IMG/VR virus record: IMGVR_UViG_3300009130_000021
Location: 6,796-70,795 of that record
DNA: 64,000 nt
Source: a virus
Strand: one strand, 5' to 3'
Shown here one piece after another: positions 38,931-48,047 of the stretch. A program made the position numbers and the translations under genes. Every line of letters starts with the position of its first letter. Within the stretch, counting starts at the first letter, position 1. Below the pieces are notes generated by a model. That model was not told the origin of the DNA and ran no database searches. It saw only the letters and a list, made by a program, of their open reading frames with translations.

Positions 38931-40733
38931 CTAACCTTTAAGTGACTCTGCTTCTTTACACAGATTAAAAAATTCTGAATATATTGATTTAGGAACCAAT
39001 TTCTTAAACTCTATGTAGTTTTCATCTACAATAGTTTTTATTACTTCCTCCGATCCTTCTGAACTGTTTACTTGTATAAGTTTAAAGTCATCGTCTATTC
39101 TAAATAAATTATTCTTCTTTTTGATATACTCAAACTGAAGCGCATAATCTTTAATTCTCTCGTTATTGGATGCCCACAGTATAGGAGAATATTCAGGGAC
39201 GATCTCTGACATTATATTCTGAATACTAATTGAATCTACTATTTTAATATCTTCAATCATATCTGGGAATTCCTGTTGCACCTTTTCCAATAATATTCTA
39301 ATGGTATTCTCTGAAAATGGATTCTTAGACTTATTTTTATATTGACATACTAAAACAGTCTTTAGTCCGTTCTTGTTATATAACTTTTCCACAGATTTTA
39401 AATATCCATTATGGAAAGGTTGAAACTTAGCAATAAAAACGTTTACTTTATTACTCTTCTTTTTTTTAGTACTTGAATTTTCTCCTAAAAACATAGTTTC
39501 AGGATTCTGATTGATATATTCAGTAAATGAAGGGAATAATGCTTCATACAATTTATCTCCTGTTACTATTCTTTTAAGTTTCTTAATTTGAATATTAAGA
39601 GTTGATAATAATTCAGGATTAAAGAAGCTAGAAGAAGACTTCTTTCTAACTCTTCTAAAGAAGTTAGCCAATATTCTATATACTTCTTTATATGTATCGT
39701 TGTCTTTTATAATTGACTCAATCTCAGAGTCTCCTATTAAATCGTAATCTATTTCAAATTCCTCTCTTTTTAAATAATCTGGAACATCTAATCTTAATCC
39801 GTCATATTTAAAAGAATATTCTTTAATAAATCCTTTAAAAATACCATTTATTATTGAAATAAACCTTTTATCATAATCTTCAGCGTCTCCACACATTTCC
39901 CTTAATTCATATTCTGATAAGGTTTCAATATAGTTCATTAGATCTATAACAATAAGCCATATATAATCATTTGACTTATTTTCTGGTGTCTCATTAGATT
40001 TAATCTTTTCTTGGAATATTGGATCAACTATCTTAGCAAGAAATACACTTGATTTAGGATCTTCCTGGTTTCCGTAGAATCTGAAAATGATTTCGTCAAT
40101 ACCATCTTTTAAACCGTTCATTAGGAATGATGATTCTAATCCTGGATTTAATATAGATATTATAAACTTAGTAAAAGAAGTAGTCTTAAACTTTTTAACT
40201 AGCTCGTCCCATGGAGTATTAATAAAGTCAAGAATAGAAGTCTTTTGATCGTCATCTAATCTACCTTCAAATATAATAGGAGGTGCTTCAACTTCAAGGA
40301 AATAAGCCCAGCGTTCTAACTCTTCTTTAGATTGTAGAGTCTCAATAGGCTTTCCATTCTCATCAAGTTTATGAATGTATGATAAAACTAACCCATTCTT
40401 AGGTTTGTTGTCATATTTAGAATGTGATCCATTTTTGTTACTAATAAACTGGAATCCAAAATAAAGATTATTAGGAATCCTATTAACTTTATCTTGAGGG
40501 ATATTATTAAAATATGAAATAGCATTGTTATAAAATTTCATTAACATCTGATCAACATAAGTAATTTGTCCAGCTTTCTTAAAAAACTTGAAATTACCAT
40601 CAGTAGATTTCTTCACACCGAAGAAACTACCATTAATATTTTCGTTAATGATTACGTATTCATTTAATATATTACCTAAGAAGTCATCTCCTTTCTTATC
40701 TTTGACTTCCTTTAAGTGCTTTATTCCAGGCAT
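38931..40733 (-). CDS. Fusion of degenerate RNA-ligase-like and cytidylyltransferase-like domains
   Basis: ENINGS (KxDG-like), IDEIIFR, LAKIVDP; C-terminal KFQPFHNGY and NPFS. Confidence 0.5.
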   Translation of the reverse strand: MPGIKHLKEVKDKKGDDFLGNILNEYVIINENINGSFFGVKKSTDGNFKFFKKAGQITYVDQMLMKFYNNAISYFNNIPQDKVNRIPNNLYFGFQFISNKNGSHSKYDNKPKNGLVLSYIHKLDENGKPIETLQSKEELERWAYFLEVEAPPIIFEGRLDDDQKTSILDFINTPWDELVKKFKTTSFTKFIISILNPGLESSFLMNGLKDGIDEIIFRFYGNQEDPKSSVFLAKIVDPIFQEKIKSNETPENKSNDYIWLIVIDLMNYIETLSEYELREMCGDAEDYDKRFISIINGIFKGFIKEYSFKYDGLRLDVPDYLKREEFEIDYDLIGDSEIESIIKDNDTYKEVYRILANFFRRVRKKSSSSFFNPELLSTLNIQIKKLKRIVTGDKLYEALFPSFTEYINQNPETMFLGENSSTKKKKSNKVNVFIAKFQPFHNGYLKSVEKLYNKNGLKTVLVCQYKNKSKNPFSENTIRILLEKVQQEFPDMIEDIKIVDSISIQNIMSEIVPEYSPILWASNNERIKDYALQFEYIKKKNNLFRIDDDFKLIQVNSSEGSEEVIKTIVDENYIEFKKLVPKSIYSEFFNLCKEAESLKG

Positions 40734-40750
40734 ATTAAAAGTTTAATGAT

Positions 40751-41335
40751 TTATACTTCAGAACCTTCTCCTTGATCTGATGCTTCCTGACCTTTAGTAG
40801 GAGCAACCATAGGAGCTTTATCTTCTTCGTCTTTAGTTTCTTTTTCAGTAGCGTCAATTACCTCAGTCTTATCTAATTTCTTTCTTAATGACATAGCATC
40901 TATTGAAATTGAAATACTTCTAATGTTATCAACATCTTCAGAGTTTTCTGTAAAGTACTTTAATACTTTTTTAAGGTTCATGTTAGATTCTCTTCCAAAT
41001 CCTCCAGCCTCATCGATTTTCTCTCTTAACGCTTTAGTTGCATCCCAGCTACCTGAGTAACTGATGTTCCAACAGAAAAATTTAACTTCCTCTCCTTTAG
41101 AGTTATAAAAGTGATTAATATCTTTGATTTTCTCGATAGCACCGTTAGCGTCTCTATATGAAGTTGAATGACCTTTACTGTCTGATGGTATACCAAACTT
41201 TACTCGATCAGGCATGATTTCCATTAATTCATGTATTCTTTCGATTACTGATTCTGCATCATATCCTTTTAATTCTACTTCTTTGTTTTCGTTTATAGCT
41301 ACGAAGTCGCTAAATTTATGTACTCGATTTTTCAC
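40751..41335 (-). CDS. Late protein with capsid-targeting-like N-terminus
   Basis: RVHKFSDFVAINE; ATAAATA at 41355-41361. Confidence 0.55.
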   Translation of the reverse strand: MKNRVHKFSDFVAINENKEVELKGYDAESVIERIHELMEIMPDRVKFGIPSDSKGHSTSYRDANGAIEKIKDINHFYNSKGEEVKFFCWNISYSGSWDATKALREKIDEAGGFGRESNMNLKKVLKYFTENSEDVDNIRSISISIDAMSLRKKLDKTEVIDATEKETKDEEDKAPMVAPTKGQEASDQGEGSEV

Positions 41336-41353
41336 AGTATTAAATTATTTTTA

Positions 41354-41950
41354 TTATTTATCAACTATCTTGTCTAATAAATTATTAAATAGCTCAAAGC
41401 TATTGTCATCTTTCTTATTAGTGAAGCTCACTAATTCATTATTTCTAGATGAGTCAGTAAGTTGAACTGCGAACTCAGAGAATACTTCTTTATATATTAA
41501 GTCTTCTTCATTAAATGATTCGTACTTATTAAAAATGTCTTCTTTATTCCTTTCTTCTGGAACGTGTCCTTTTTCGTTTTCTATTCTAATTACTTTACAA
41601 TTATTATAAATACTACTATCAAGTATTTTTTTAAATTCTTCAATTAATCTTTTCTTTGGTAAACGATTTCTATAAATTGACCACACATAAGCAGAGAAGA
41701 TTGATCTATCAAAAACAATATGCTTATCCTTTAATAAAGTATTAGATATTTCTAAGATTGTTAAAATATTTGAGATACTAAAATAATGAACCCCAGGTCC
41801 CTTTTCTTGATCTTCAAATCCTAAGTTTTTAATATAATCAGAAAATGCAAATTTATAATATACTATATTATCATTCGTGTTCTGTTTAAAGTAATTATCA
41901 AGCAGTGTAGTTTTTCCCGTTCCCCTTACTCCCTCTATTAATATAATCAT
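41354..41950 (-). CDS. Deoxynucleoside monophosphate kinase (thymidylate kinase-like)
   Basis: IEGVRGTGKTT P-loop and FDRS motif. Confidence 0.72.
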   Translation of the reverse strand: MIILIEGVRGTGKTTLLDNYFKQNTNDNIVYYKFAFSDYIKNLGFEDQEKGPGVHYFSISNILTILEISNTLLKDKHIVFDRSIFSAYVWSIYRNRLPKKRLIEEFKKILDSSIYNNCKVIRIENEKGHVPEERNKEDIFNKYESFNEEDLIYKEVFSEFAVQLTDSSRNNELVSFTNKKDDNSFELFNNLLDKIVDK

Positions 41951-42771
41951 AGATCATTAAACTTTTTTTCATATCTATCTAAAAATTTAATACTATTATT
42001 CAATCTTAAAGTTTTAATATCATCGTCGCTTAATTTGATAGGATCTATTAATTTATATACTAATCCGTTCTTTTCACAGAAATCTATAGCTGCTTTTGTT
42101 TTTATAGAGACTTCGTAAGAATTCCATAATGATTTAGGTTTACATTCTATCATATATTTATAATTTAATATAAAATCCGGCCTATACGTTCTATTCTTTC
42201 CATTAATAGTATAAGATATTTCATATTTTTTAAGTTCTCCATTTTCCCATGGTATATTAAATCGTTCTATCACTAATACCATATAAGATAATTCCTTAAT
42301 GCTTCTAAAATACCATCCTTTATACCAACCTGACCATCCATTACCAGATCCCATAGGTGAAGGCTTTCCATACATTGCGTTGTTTTTTCCAGAGCTAGCA
42401 ATTGACAGCTTTTTTCTTATTAAAGCTGCTTTATCTTTTCCATGTATATCATCTAAGCTTTTACCTTTAAACGGACTTGGGTTACTTTTTCCATACATTG
42501 GGTTACTTTTTCCACTTATGTCTAATCTTCCTTCTAAATAAGCTAATGATGTAGATTCGCTTATTCTTTTTTTAGATTCTTCAGAATGATTTTTTCCAGC
42601 AAATCCATACTTAATTTCACCTGACTTCATTTTATTATGCATCTTATTAAAATTATCTTTACCTCTACATTTTCTACACTTAGAGTTCCATTTGATAGCA
42701 TCTCTTAATGTATATTTAGTTGAGTATTTTATATCAACGCCACACTCTGGACAGTTTCTCTTAAATTCCAT
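41947..42771 (-). CDS. Free-standing homing endonuclease (NUMOD3 repeats plus PD-(D/E)XK/TnsA-like domain)
   Basis: GKNHSEESKKRIS, NPMYGK, YRPDF...IECKP. Confidence 0.78.
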   Translation of the reverse strand: MEFKRNCPECGVDIKYSTKYTLRDAIKWNSKCRKCRGKDNFNKMHNKMKSGEIKYGFAGKNHSEESKKRISESTSLAYLEGRLDISGKSNPMYGKSNPSPFKGKSLDDIHGKDKAALIRKKLSIASSGKNNAMYGKPSPMGSGNGWSGWYKGWYFRSIKELSYMVLVIERFNIPWENGELKKYEISYTINGKNRTYRPDFILNYKYMIECKPKSLWNSYEVSIKTKAAIDFCEKNGLVYKLIDPIKLSDDDIKTLRLNNSIKFLDRYEKKFNDL

Positions 42772-42845
42772 TTTTATTTTTATTTATATGAGTTCACTTC
42801 TTCTAAGTCTCTTAATCATAAATAATAAAAAAATATTAAATATGA

Positions 42846-42858
42846 ATAAATAATAAAA
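42846..42858 (+). promoter_or_regulatory. Late promoter ATAAATAATAAAA for the HREDGPA/endolysin operon
   Basis: Second copy at 42818-42830. Confidence 0.65.
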
Positions 42859-42870
42859 AGTTTTAGTTTA

Positions 42871-43344
42871 ATGACAAAATACATTCAACTTTTCGAAGAT
42901 TTTGACGCAAGGTCAGGTAATATTAACCAAGAACATACTTGGAGTGATCTTAGAAACCAAATGCAAGCTAAGCTGCCTTTTACTATTGTAGATTTCAAAG
43001 ACGAAGCATCTTATCAGAAATTTAAAGATGTCGAACTTCAAGGTAAAGATTATATAGATCAAACGTATACAGTATATGACGAGGGTAATGCTGTTAAAAT
43101 GAAAAGTGTTTTTATTTTTGACGGAGATGAATCCGCATCAGAGATAGCATTAGATTACATTAAGAATTATAACATATATAGAATAATAGCTGGAGAAAAA
43201 GGAAAAGATTTTCCAACTCTTTATAATGAAGGAGGATCTTCAGACTTTGGAAACGATCTACTTATTGCATTAAGTCCTGACGATTTAGGAAATGATGACT
43301 ATTATAAAGTAGATAGCCAATATTATAAATTTATAAGTACATGA
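42871..43344 (+). CDS. Late protein with capsid-targeting-like N-terminus
   Basis: KYIQLFEDF; two ATAAATAATAAAA motifs upstream. Confidence 0.55.
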   Translation: MTKYIQLFEDFDARSGNINQEHTWSDLRNQMQAKLPFTIVDFKDEASYQKFKDVELQGKDYIDQTYTVYDEGNAVKMKSVFIFDGDESASEIALDYIKNYNIYRIIAGEKGKDFPTLYNEGGSSDFGNDLLIALSPDDLGNDDYYKVDSQYYKFIST

Positions 43345-43895
43345 TAAGTGAATTACACATAGATGATGCCAATGTTAAACATTGGTATTTGAAAGGTACT
43401 CGTAAACATCACCGTGAAGACGGACCTGCTTATGAGACTCCTGATGGGACTAAAAAGTGGTTCTTTAATGGAAAGCTTCATCGTGAAGATGGACCTGCTA
43501 CTGAATGGAAAGGCGGATCTAGAGAATGGTATAACGATAATAAGTTACATCGTGAAGACGGACCTGCCGTCGAACTAGATAACGGAGTTAAAGCGTGGTT
43601 TATTAATGGTGATCCACATAGAGAAGATGGTCCTGCTTATATACATCCATCAGGAATTAAAAAATGGTACCAAGACGGTTTATTACATAGAGTGGATGGG
43701 CCTGCTGTTGAATGGGATGATGGTGAGAAGTCCTGGTTTCTTAATGGCGAACAGTATTCAGAAAAAGATTGGAAGCGCGAAGTTGCTAAAACTGAACTTG
43801 GAATGGACGACGTCGACTCTCAAATATGGGACACGTTAGGACTATTTGAAGGTAAGATACTGGACTATAAGTCATTTAAAAATAAGATGTCGTAA
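43341..43895 (+). CDS. HREDGPA-repeat protein
   Basis: Five H-R-x-D-G-P-A repeats; tail DTLGLFEGKILDYKSF. Confidence 0.75.
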   Translation: MISELHIDDANVKHWYLKGTRKHHREDGPAYETPDGTKKWFFNGKLHREDGPATEWKGGSREWYNDNKLHREDGPAVELDNGVKAWFINGDPHREDGPAYIHPSGIKKWYQDGLLHRVDGPAVEWDDGEKSWFLNGEQYSEKDWKREVAKTELGMDDVDSQIWDTLGLFEGKILDYKSFKNKMS

Positions 43896-44536
43896 TGAAA
43901 AACGGAAAAATAGTAAAAAACGGAACAGAGCAGTGGTATAAAGATGATTTACTCCATAGAGAAGACGGACCTGCATACACTAAAATATATTCAAGTGGAG
44001 CAATGAGTATAAAGTACTATATTAATGGAGTTCAGCATAGAGAAGACGGACCTGCTGAAATTCAGTATGATTCTGACGGTGATCTTGAAATAGAGGAATG
44101 GTATTATTATTATGAAGGTGAATTACATAGAGAAGATGGACCTGCTGAAATTCAATACGAAGGCAATAAGATAGTATACGAAGGATTTTTTATTAATGGT
44201 GAATTACATAGAGAAGACGGACCTGCTATTATATCAGATTTTGGAAATGGTAAATTAAAAGAATGGTGGGTAAACGGTGAAAAGCATAGACTAGACGGCC
44301 CTGCTGTAGCACATCCCGATCCTTCTAACATGAGTCCTAAATACTGGATTCACGGGAAGCCTTTCTATAAAGAGAAAGATTTTAGAAATAAATTAAAAGA
44401 GCTTGAAATTAAAAAAGATATAGAAGATCTTAAAGGTTCAGGTTCAGATGAAGAAGAAATAGATATTATGAAAACTCTTGGAATGTTTGAGAGTAAAATA
44501 CTTGACTTTAAGTCGTTCAAAAAAATTAACAAATAA
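43895..44536 (+). CDS. HREDGPA-repeat protein
   Basis: Five repeats; tail KTLGMFESKILDFKSF. Confidence 0.75.
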   Translation: MKNGKIVKNGTEQWYKDDLLHREDGPAYTKIYSSGAMSIKYYINGVQHREDGPAEIQYDSDGDLEIEEWYYYYEGELHREDGPAEIQYEGNKIVYEGFFINGELHREDGPAIISDFGNGKLKEWWVNGEKHRLDGPAVAHPDPSNMSPKYWIHGKPFYKEKDFRNKLKELEIKKDIEDLKGSGSDEEEIDIMKTLGMFESKILDFKSFKKINK

Positions 44537-44988
44537 TGAGTAAAACTATTAAAGATTACTTTGATATCGAAGAATTAGTAGATAAACAAGTATTTGATAG
44601 ATTCGGAGAAGCTTCTTGGAAATTCTTAGATCCTACTATTTTAGAATGTATATTAGTAGTAAGAGAAGGACTAGATAAACCTATGACTATCAACAATTGG
44701 AAATGGGGAGGTAAATTCTCTCAGCGTGGACTTAGACATAATATGAGTTCAATGGTTAAAGGTAAAACTAGGCCATATCTTTCTGCTCACATGTTCGGTA
44801 AAGCTGTAGATTTCGATGTTAAAGGAATGACTGCTATCGAAGTTAGAAAATGGATCGTTGAAAACGAAGATAAATTTCCATGTAAAATCAGATTAGAGAG
44901 AAATTTAAATGGTAAGCCTATTACTTGGGTACATTTAGATACTATGTCTGATGACAGTGCTCCTAAAGTATATCAGTTTGATGTTTAA
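44536..44988 (+). CDS. Peptidase M15-family endolysin
   Basis: R...SAHMFGKAVDF...WVHLD zinc-peptidase motifs. Confidence 0.8.
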   Translation: MSKTIKDYFDIEELVDKQVFDRFGEASWKFLDPTILECILVVREGLDKPMTINNWKWGGKFSQRGLRHNMSSMVKGKTRPYLSAHMFGKAVDFDVKGMTAIEVRKWIVENEDKFPCKIRLERNLNGKPITWVHLDTMSDDSAPKVYQFDV

Positions 44989-45413
44989 TCAATAATAACA
45001 TGAGTTCCTACAATTCTAGTGGGAACTCCTTTTTCATCCCATTCAACTGCAACTCCTCTGCATAATATCTTTACTTCGTGACCTTCTTTATGATTAAATC
45101 TTAGAACTTCCTCAAATCCGTCACTGCATCCATTTATATATTTACCTATACTTTTTTTTGCTGATTCTAAATCTTCAGGGTGACATATGGACATCCAAGC
45201 AGATGGACTATTTTCCATCTCATTATCTAAATATCCTAATTGAGCTTTAAATTTTTGACTTAAGTATTCGTATCCAGTTCTTAGGTTCCAGTCCCAGTAA
45301 CCATCTGTTGTATGTTCTATTACAAATTCAAGAATATTTCTTTCTCTTTTTGCGTTTTCTTCAACTTTAGATAAAGTATCAGTAAGAGCTATTAATTTGT
45401 CTAGATTACTCAT
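44985..45413 (-). CDS. Stand-alone PAS/PAC domain protein
   Basis: DGYWDWN...LGY...W...HPED...RF.HK.G...RG..V..D..G.P.RIVGTH; start moved to ATG 45413. Confidence 0.85.
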   Translation of the reverse strand: MSNLDKLIALTDTLSKVEENAKRERNILEFVIEHTTDGYWDWNLRTGYEYLSQKFKAQLGYLDNEMENSPSAWMSICHPEDLESAKKSIGKYINGCSDGFEEVLRFNHKEGHEVKILCRGVAVEWDEKGVPTRIVGTHVIID

Positions 45414-45414
45414 A

Positions 45415-45771
45415 TTATAAGATTTTATCTTTGAATGCCGTAAATATAATCCACAATATTTGAACTGCAATACCTACTCCAATAACAACTAACCATCTAT
45501 TCTTCTGGATATATATTTCATCCTTTCCTTCTTTCATCTGAGTAACTGACCATACTTCAGTAACTTTATCTTTCCATTCTTTAAGTTCAGCAACGTCTTT
45601 TTCAGTAGATTTAAACTGATTTAATGTGTCGTTTATTTCCTTAAATTTTTGATCCATATCCGTTCTTAGCTGATCTTGCCCGTCATTTAGCCTTTTTAAT
45701 TCGTTTAATACTAATTTTCCATATTCAGTCCAACCGTTTCTAGCTATATTGTTATTGTTCTCAGAGTCCAT
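45415..45771 (-). CDS. Coiled-coil protein with C-terminal transmembrane helix
   Basis: WLVVIGVGIAVQILWIIF; ATAAATA at 45807-45813 upstream. Confidence 0.65.
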   Translation of the reverse strand: MDSENNNNIARNGWTEYGKLVLNELKRLNDGQDQLRTDMDQKFKEINDTLNQFKSTEKDVAELKEWKDKVTEVWSVTQMKEGKDEIYIQKNRWLVVIGVGIAVQILWIIFTAFKDKIL

Positions 45772-45834
45772 GTTAAGGTATCTTAATGGTAGATTATTAT
45801 TTTTATTATTTATTAAAAGAAGAGTAGCCTTTTT

Positions 45835-45862
45835 AAAACTGTGGGGAAAGATACCAGTATAA
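45835..45862 (+). promoter_or_regulatory. Putative early/middle promoter AAAAC-N17-GTATAA
   Basis: Upstream of uvsY-uvsW. Confidence 0.55.
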
Positions 45863-45883
45863 TCTATAATAAATAGTTATATT

Positions 45884-46318
45884 ATGGCAGGTAATAACGC
45901 TGAACAGATAAATGATAGATTCAGATCAAAGAGATCAGAGATATCAGGAGACATTCAAAAAGGTATTGAACTAATGTCTAATTTTAAGACAATAAAAGAT
46001 GCTCAAGTGTCGATGTTATCACTTAGGCAGCGATTATTAGAAGAAAGTCATGTATTATTAGAACATACTTCAGCCATAAGAAGAAAACTAAGATCAGAAA
46101 AAGGTAAACATTTAGAAGCAATATCTAAAGATTTGCAACATAGATATCAATATAACGAAAAAAATGTTATAATTGAAGGAAAAACTGCAAATATTAAAGA
46201 AACTTTAGATAATATTGAAAATCAGTTATCCTTTTTTAGCGACTCTATTAAAACCATAGATAATATTCTATACGGTGTTAAAACTAGAGTTGATATAGAA
46301 AAAGCATTAGGATTATAA
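45884..46318 (+). CDS. uvsY: UvsY-like recombination mediator
   Basis: 144-aa helical protein immediately upstream of UvsW, with a C-terminal IKTIDNI.Y.VK pattern. Confidence 0.6.
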   Translation: MAGNNAEQINDRFRSKRSEISGDIQKGIELMSNFKTIKDAQVSMLSLRQRLLEESHVLLEHTSAIRRKLRSEKGKHLEAISKDLQHRYQYNEKNVIIEGKTANIKETLDNIENQLSFFSDSIKTIDNILYGVKTRVDIEKALGL

Positions 46319-48025
46319 TTGTTACGCTTTAGAGTAGACGGCAACGAAATAGAATTAGTAGAGTCGTCTCTAAATTCAGAAAAAAAGAAAGTTTACAACT
46401 TCTTTAAAAAGAAATCAAAGGATAGCTTATTTAATGTTCTAGTTGAGCGTGGAATATGGGACGGAATGGACCATTTCATGTCTGAAGACTGGAGGCTTCC
46501 AATCGGATTGTGGAAAGAGATTTATGCTTTTTCTAAGAAGTCTGGAATAGAAGTTAGAATAGAAGGAATAGATGAAAGGCTTAATTTAGATTTAGATAGA
46601 GAAGAATACACTCGATTTGTAGATCAATTATACGACGGAATATTAACTGGAGAAGGAGATCCTTTTTATCCTAGAGACTATCAGTTCGAAGGAGTATATA
46701 GAGCTATTAAGAACGTATTTTGTTGTGAAGAACTTGCAACATCTGCAGGTAAGACTTCTATATTCTATACTTATAACTCATACTTAAAATTCAAGGATGT
46801 AATTAATAAGAAAAGCAAGGCTCTTTTAATAGTTCCTAACGTAACTTTAGTTAACCAGACTGCAGAATCATTTGAAGAATTTAATAATGGATTAGTCGAG
46901 TGGAATATTCACAAAGTAGGAGGAGCAAAAGACTCATTTGATTTAAAGAAGTTTAAAGAATGTGATATGTTAATAATTACATATCAAAGTCTTATTAATA
47001 TGATCCCTGAATGCTTAGAGGAACGTCTAGCTACTTTAGAAAAGAAGCGAGTTAAGAAGGACGATCAAGAAAAGAAGCAAAAAGACATAATGAAGCTTAA
47101 AAAGAAGATTAAAATTGCTAAGATTAACAGTATCTCTTCTTATTTCGGTGTTCTATGTGTCGATGAAGCACATAAGTCTAGAGGAAATTCAATTAGTACT
47201 ATATTAAATGCATGTAAGAACTGGAAATATAAACTGGGTCTATCTGGTACTATGAAAATTGACGTAAAGTATTCTGATTTTTACATGATGCAGCGAAATA
47301 CTGGACCTCTAGTCATGACTTTAGGAGCAAAGTTCTTAATTGACAATGAATATAGCCCAGATATAAAAATAAAGCAAATATTCTTAGATTACGACAGAAC
47401 ACTACCTCTAGTTAGCAAATATTTAGATATTCAGGAGAATAAAGATAAAAAAGAAAAGATGAAAAAGCAATTTACCGACGTTAAGAAGTTCGGTAAGTAC
47501 ATGCTTGATATCGAAAAGGATATAATCTTTTCTTCTGAGAATAGAATCGAATTCATTAGTAAATTTGTTAAAAAACTAGGTAAGAATACTTTGATTCTTT
47601 TCTCTGATGTTAAAAATGAATACGGATTAAATATATGTAGGAAAATATCAGAATGGAATCCAAATACTTTCTATATTGACGGTGAGATTGAGAATGAGGA
47701 CCGTGAAAGATTTAAAGCTGTAATGGAATCAGAAGATATGGTAGTTATAGTTGCATCATATGGAACTTTTGCCACAGGTATTAATCTTAAGAAAGTATTT
47801 CACATTATATTCGCAGAATCAACTAAAGCCGAGATTACAATTAGACAGGCAATAGGTAGAGGAATGAGAAAGATAAAAGGTAAGACTGAAGTCGTTATAT
47901 GGGATATTGTAGATGATTTAAGCGGTTATTCTATTAGACATTCTGAGAGTAGAATGAAAATATACAAGGAACAGAAATTCAAAGTCCTTAAACCAATACG
48001 AATAGATCTTAATAAGATAAACTAA
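46319..48025 (+). CDS. uvsW: UvsW-like SF2 helicase
   Basis: WDG, PRDYQ, ATSAGKT, DEAH, GLSGT, QAIGRGMR. Confidence 0.9.
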   Translation: MLRFRVDGNEIELVESSLNSEKKKVYNFFKKKSKDSLFNVLVERGIWDGMDHFMSEDWRLPIGLWKEIYAFSKKSGIEVRIEGIDERLNLDLDREEYTRFVDQLYDGILTGEGDPFYPRDYQFEGVYRAIKNVFCCEELATSAGKTSIFYTYNSYLKFKDVINKKSKALLIVPNVTLVNQTAESFEEFNNGLVEWNIHKVGGAKDSFDLKKFKECDMLIITYQSLINMIPECLEERLATLEKKRVKKDDQEKKQKDIMKLKKKIKIAKINSISSYFGVLCVDEAHKSRGNSISTILNACKNWKYKLGLSGTMKIDVKYSDFYMMQRNTGPLVMTLGAKFLIDNEYSPDIKIKQIFLDYDRTLPLVSKYLDIQENKDKKEKMKKQFTDVKKFGKYMLDIEKDIIFSSENRIEFISKFVKKLGKNTLILFSDVKNEYGLNICRKISEWNPNTFYIDGEIENEDRERFKAVMESEDMVVIVASYGTFATGINLKKVFHIIFAESTKAEITIRQAIGRGMRKIKGKTEVVIWDIVDDLSGYSIRHSESRMKIYKEQKFKVLKPIRIDLNKIN

Positions 48026-48047
48026 AGGGCTAGTTAGTCTAGCCCTT
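48025..48047. terminator. Hairpin at the convergent uvsW/phoH junction
   Basis: AAGGGCTAG-TTAGT-CTAGCCCTT; U-tracts are short. Confidence 0.5.

Noticed and set aside
42760-42800. Start-occluding hairpin for the NUMOD3 endonuclease
   Set aside because: TATAAATA is present, but the possible pairing is short and mismatched.
43408-44310. Recurring ~20-nt CATAGAGAAGACGGACCTGC with variable spacers, resembling a CRISPR array
   Set aside because: Copies vary at synonymous positions, stay in frame and encode HREDGPA; spacing is irregular and no cas genes are present.
34953-44536. Diversity-generating retroelement acting on the repeat genes
   Set aside because: No reverse transcriptase in the window and no template/variable pair differing only at adenines.
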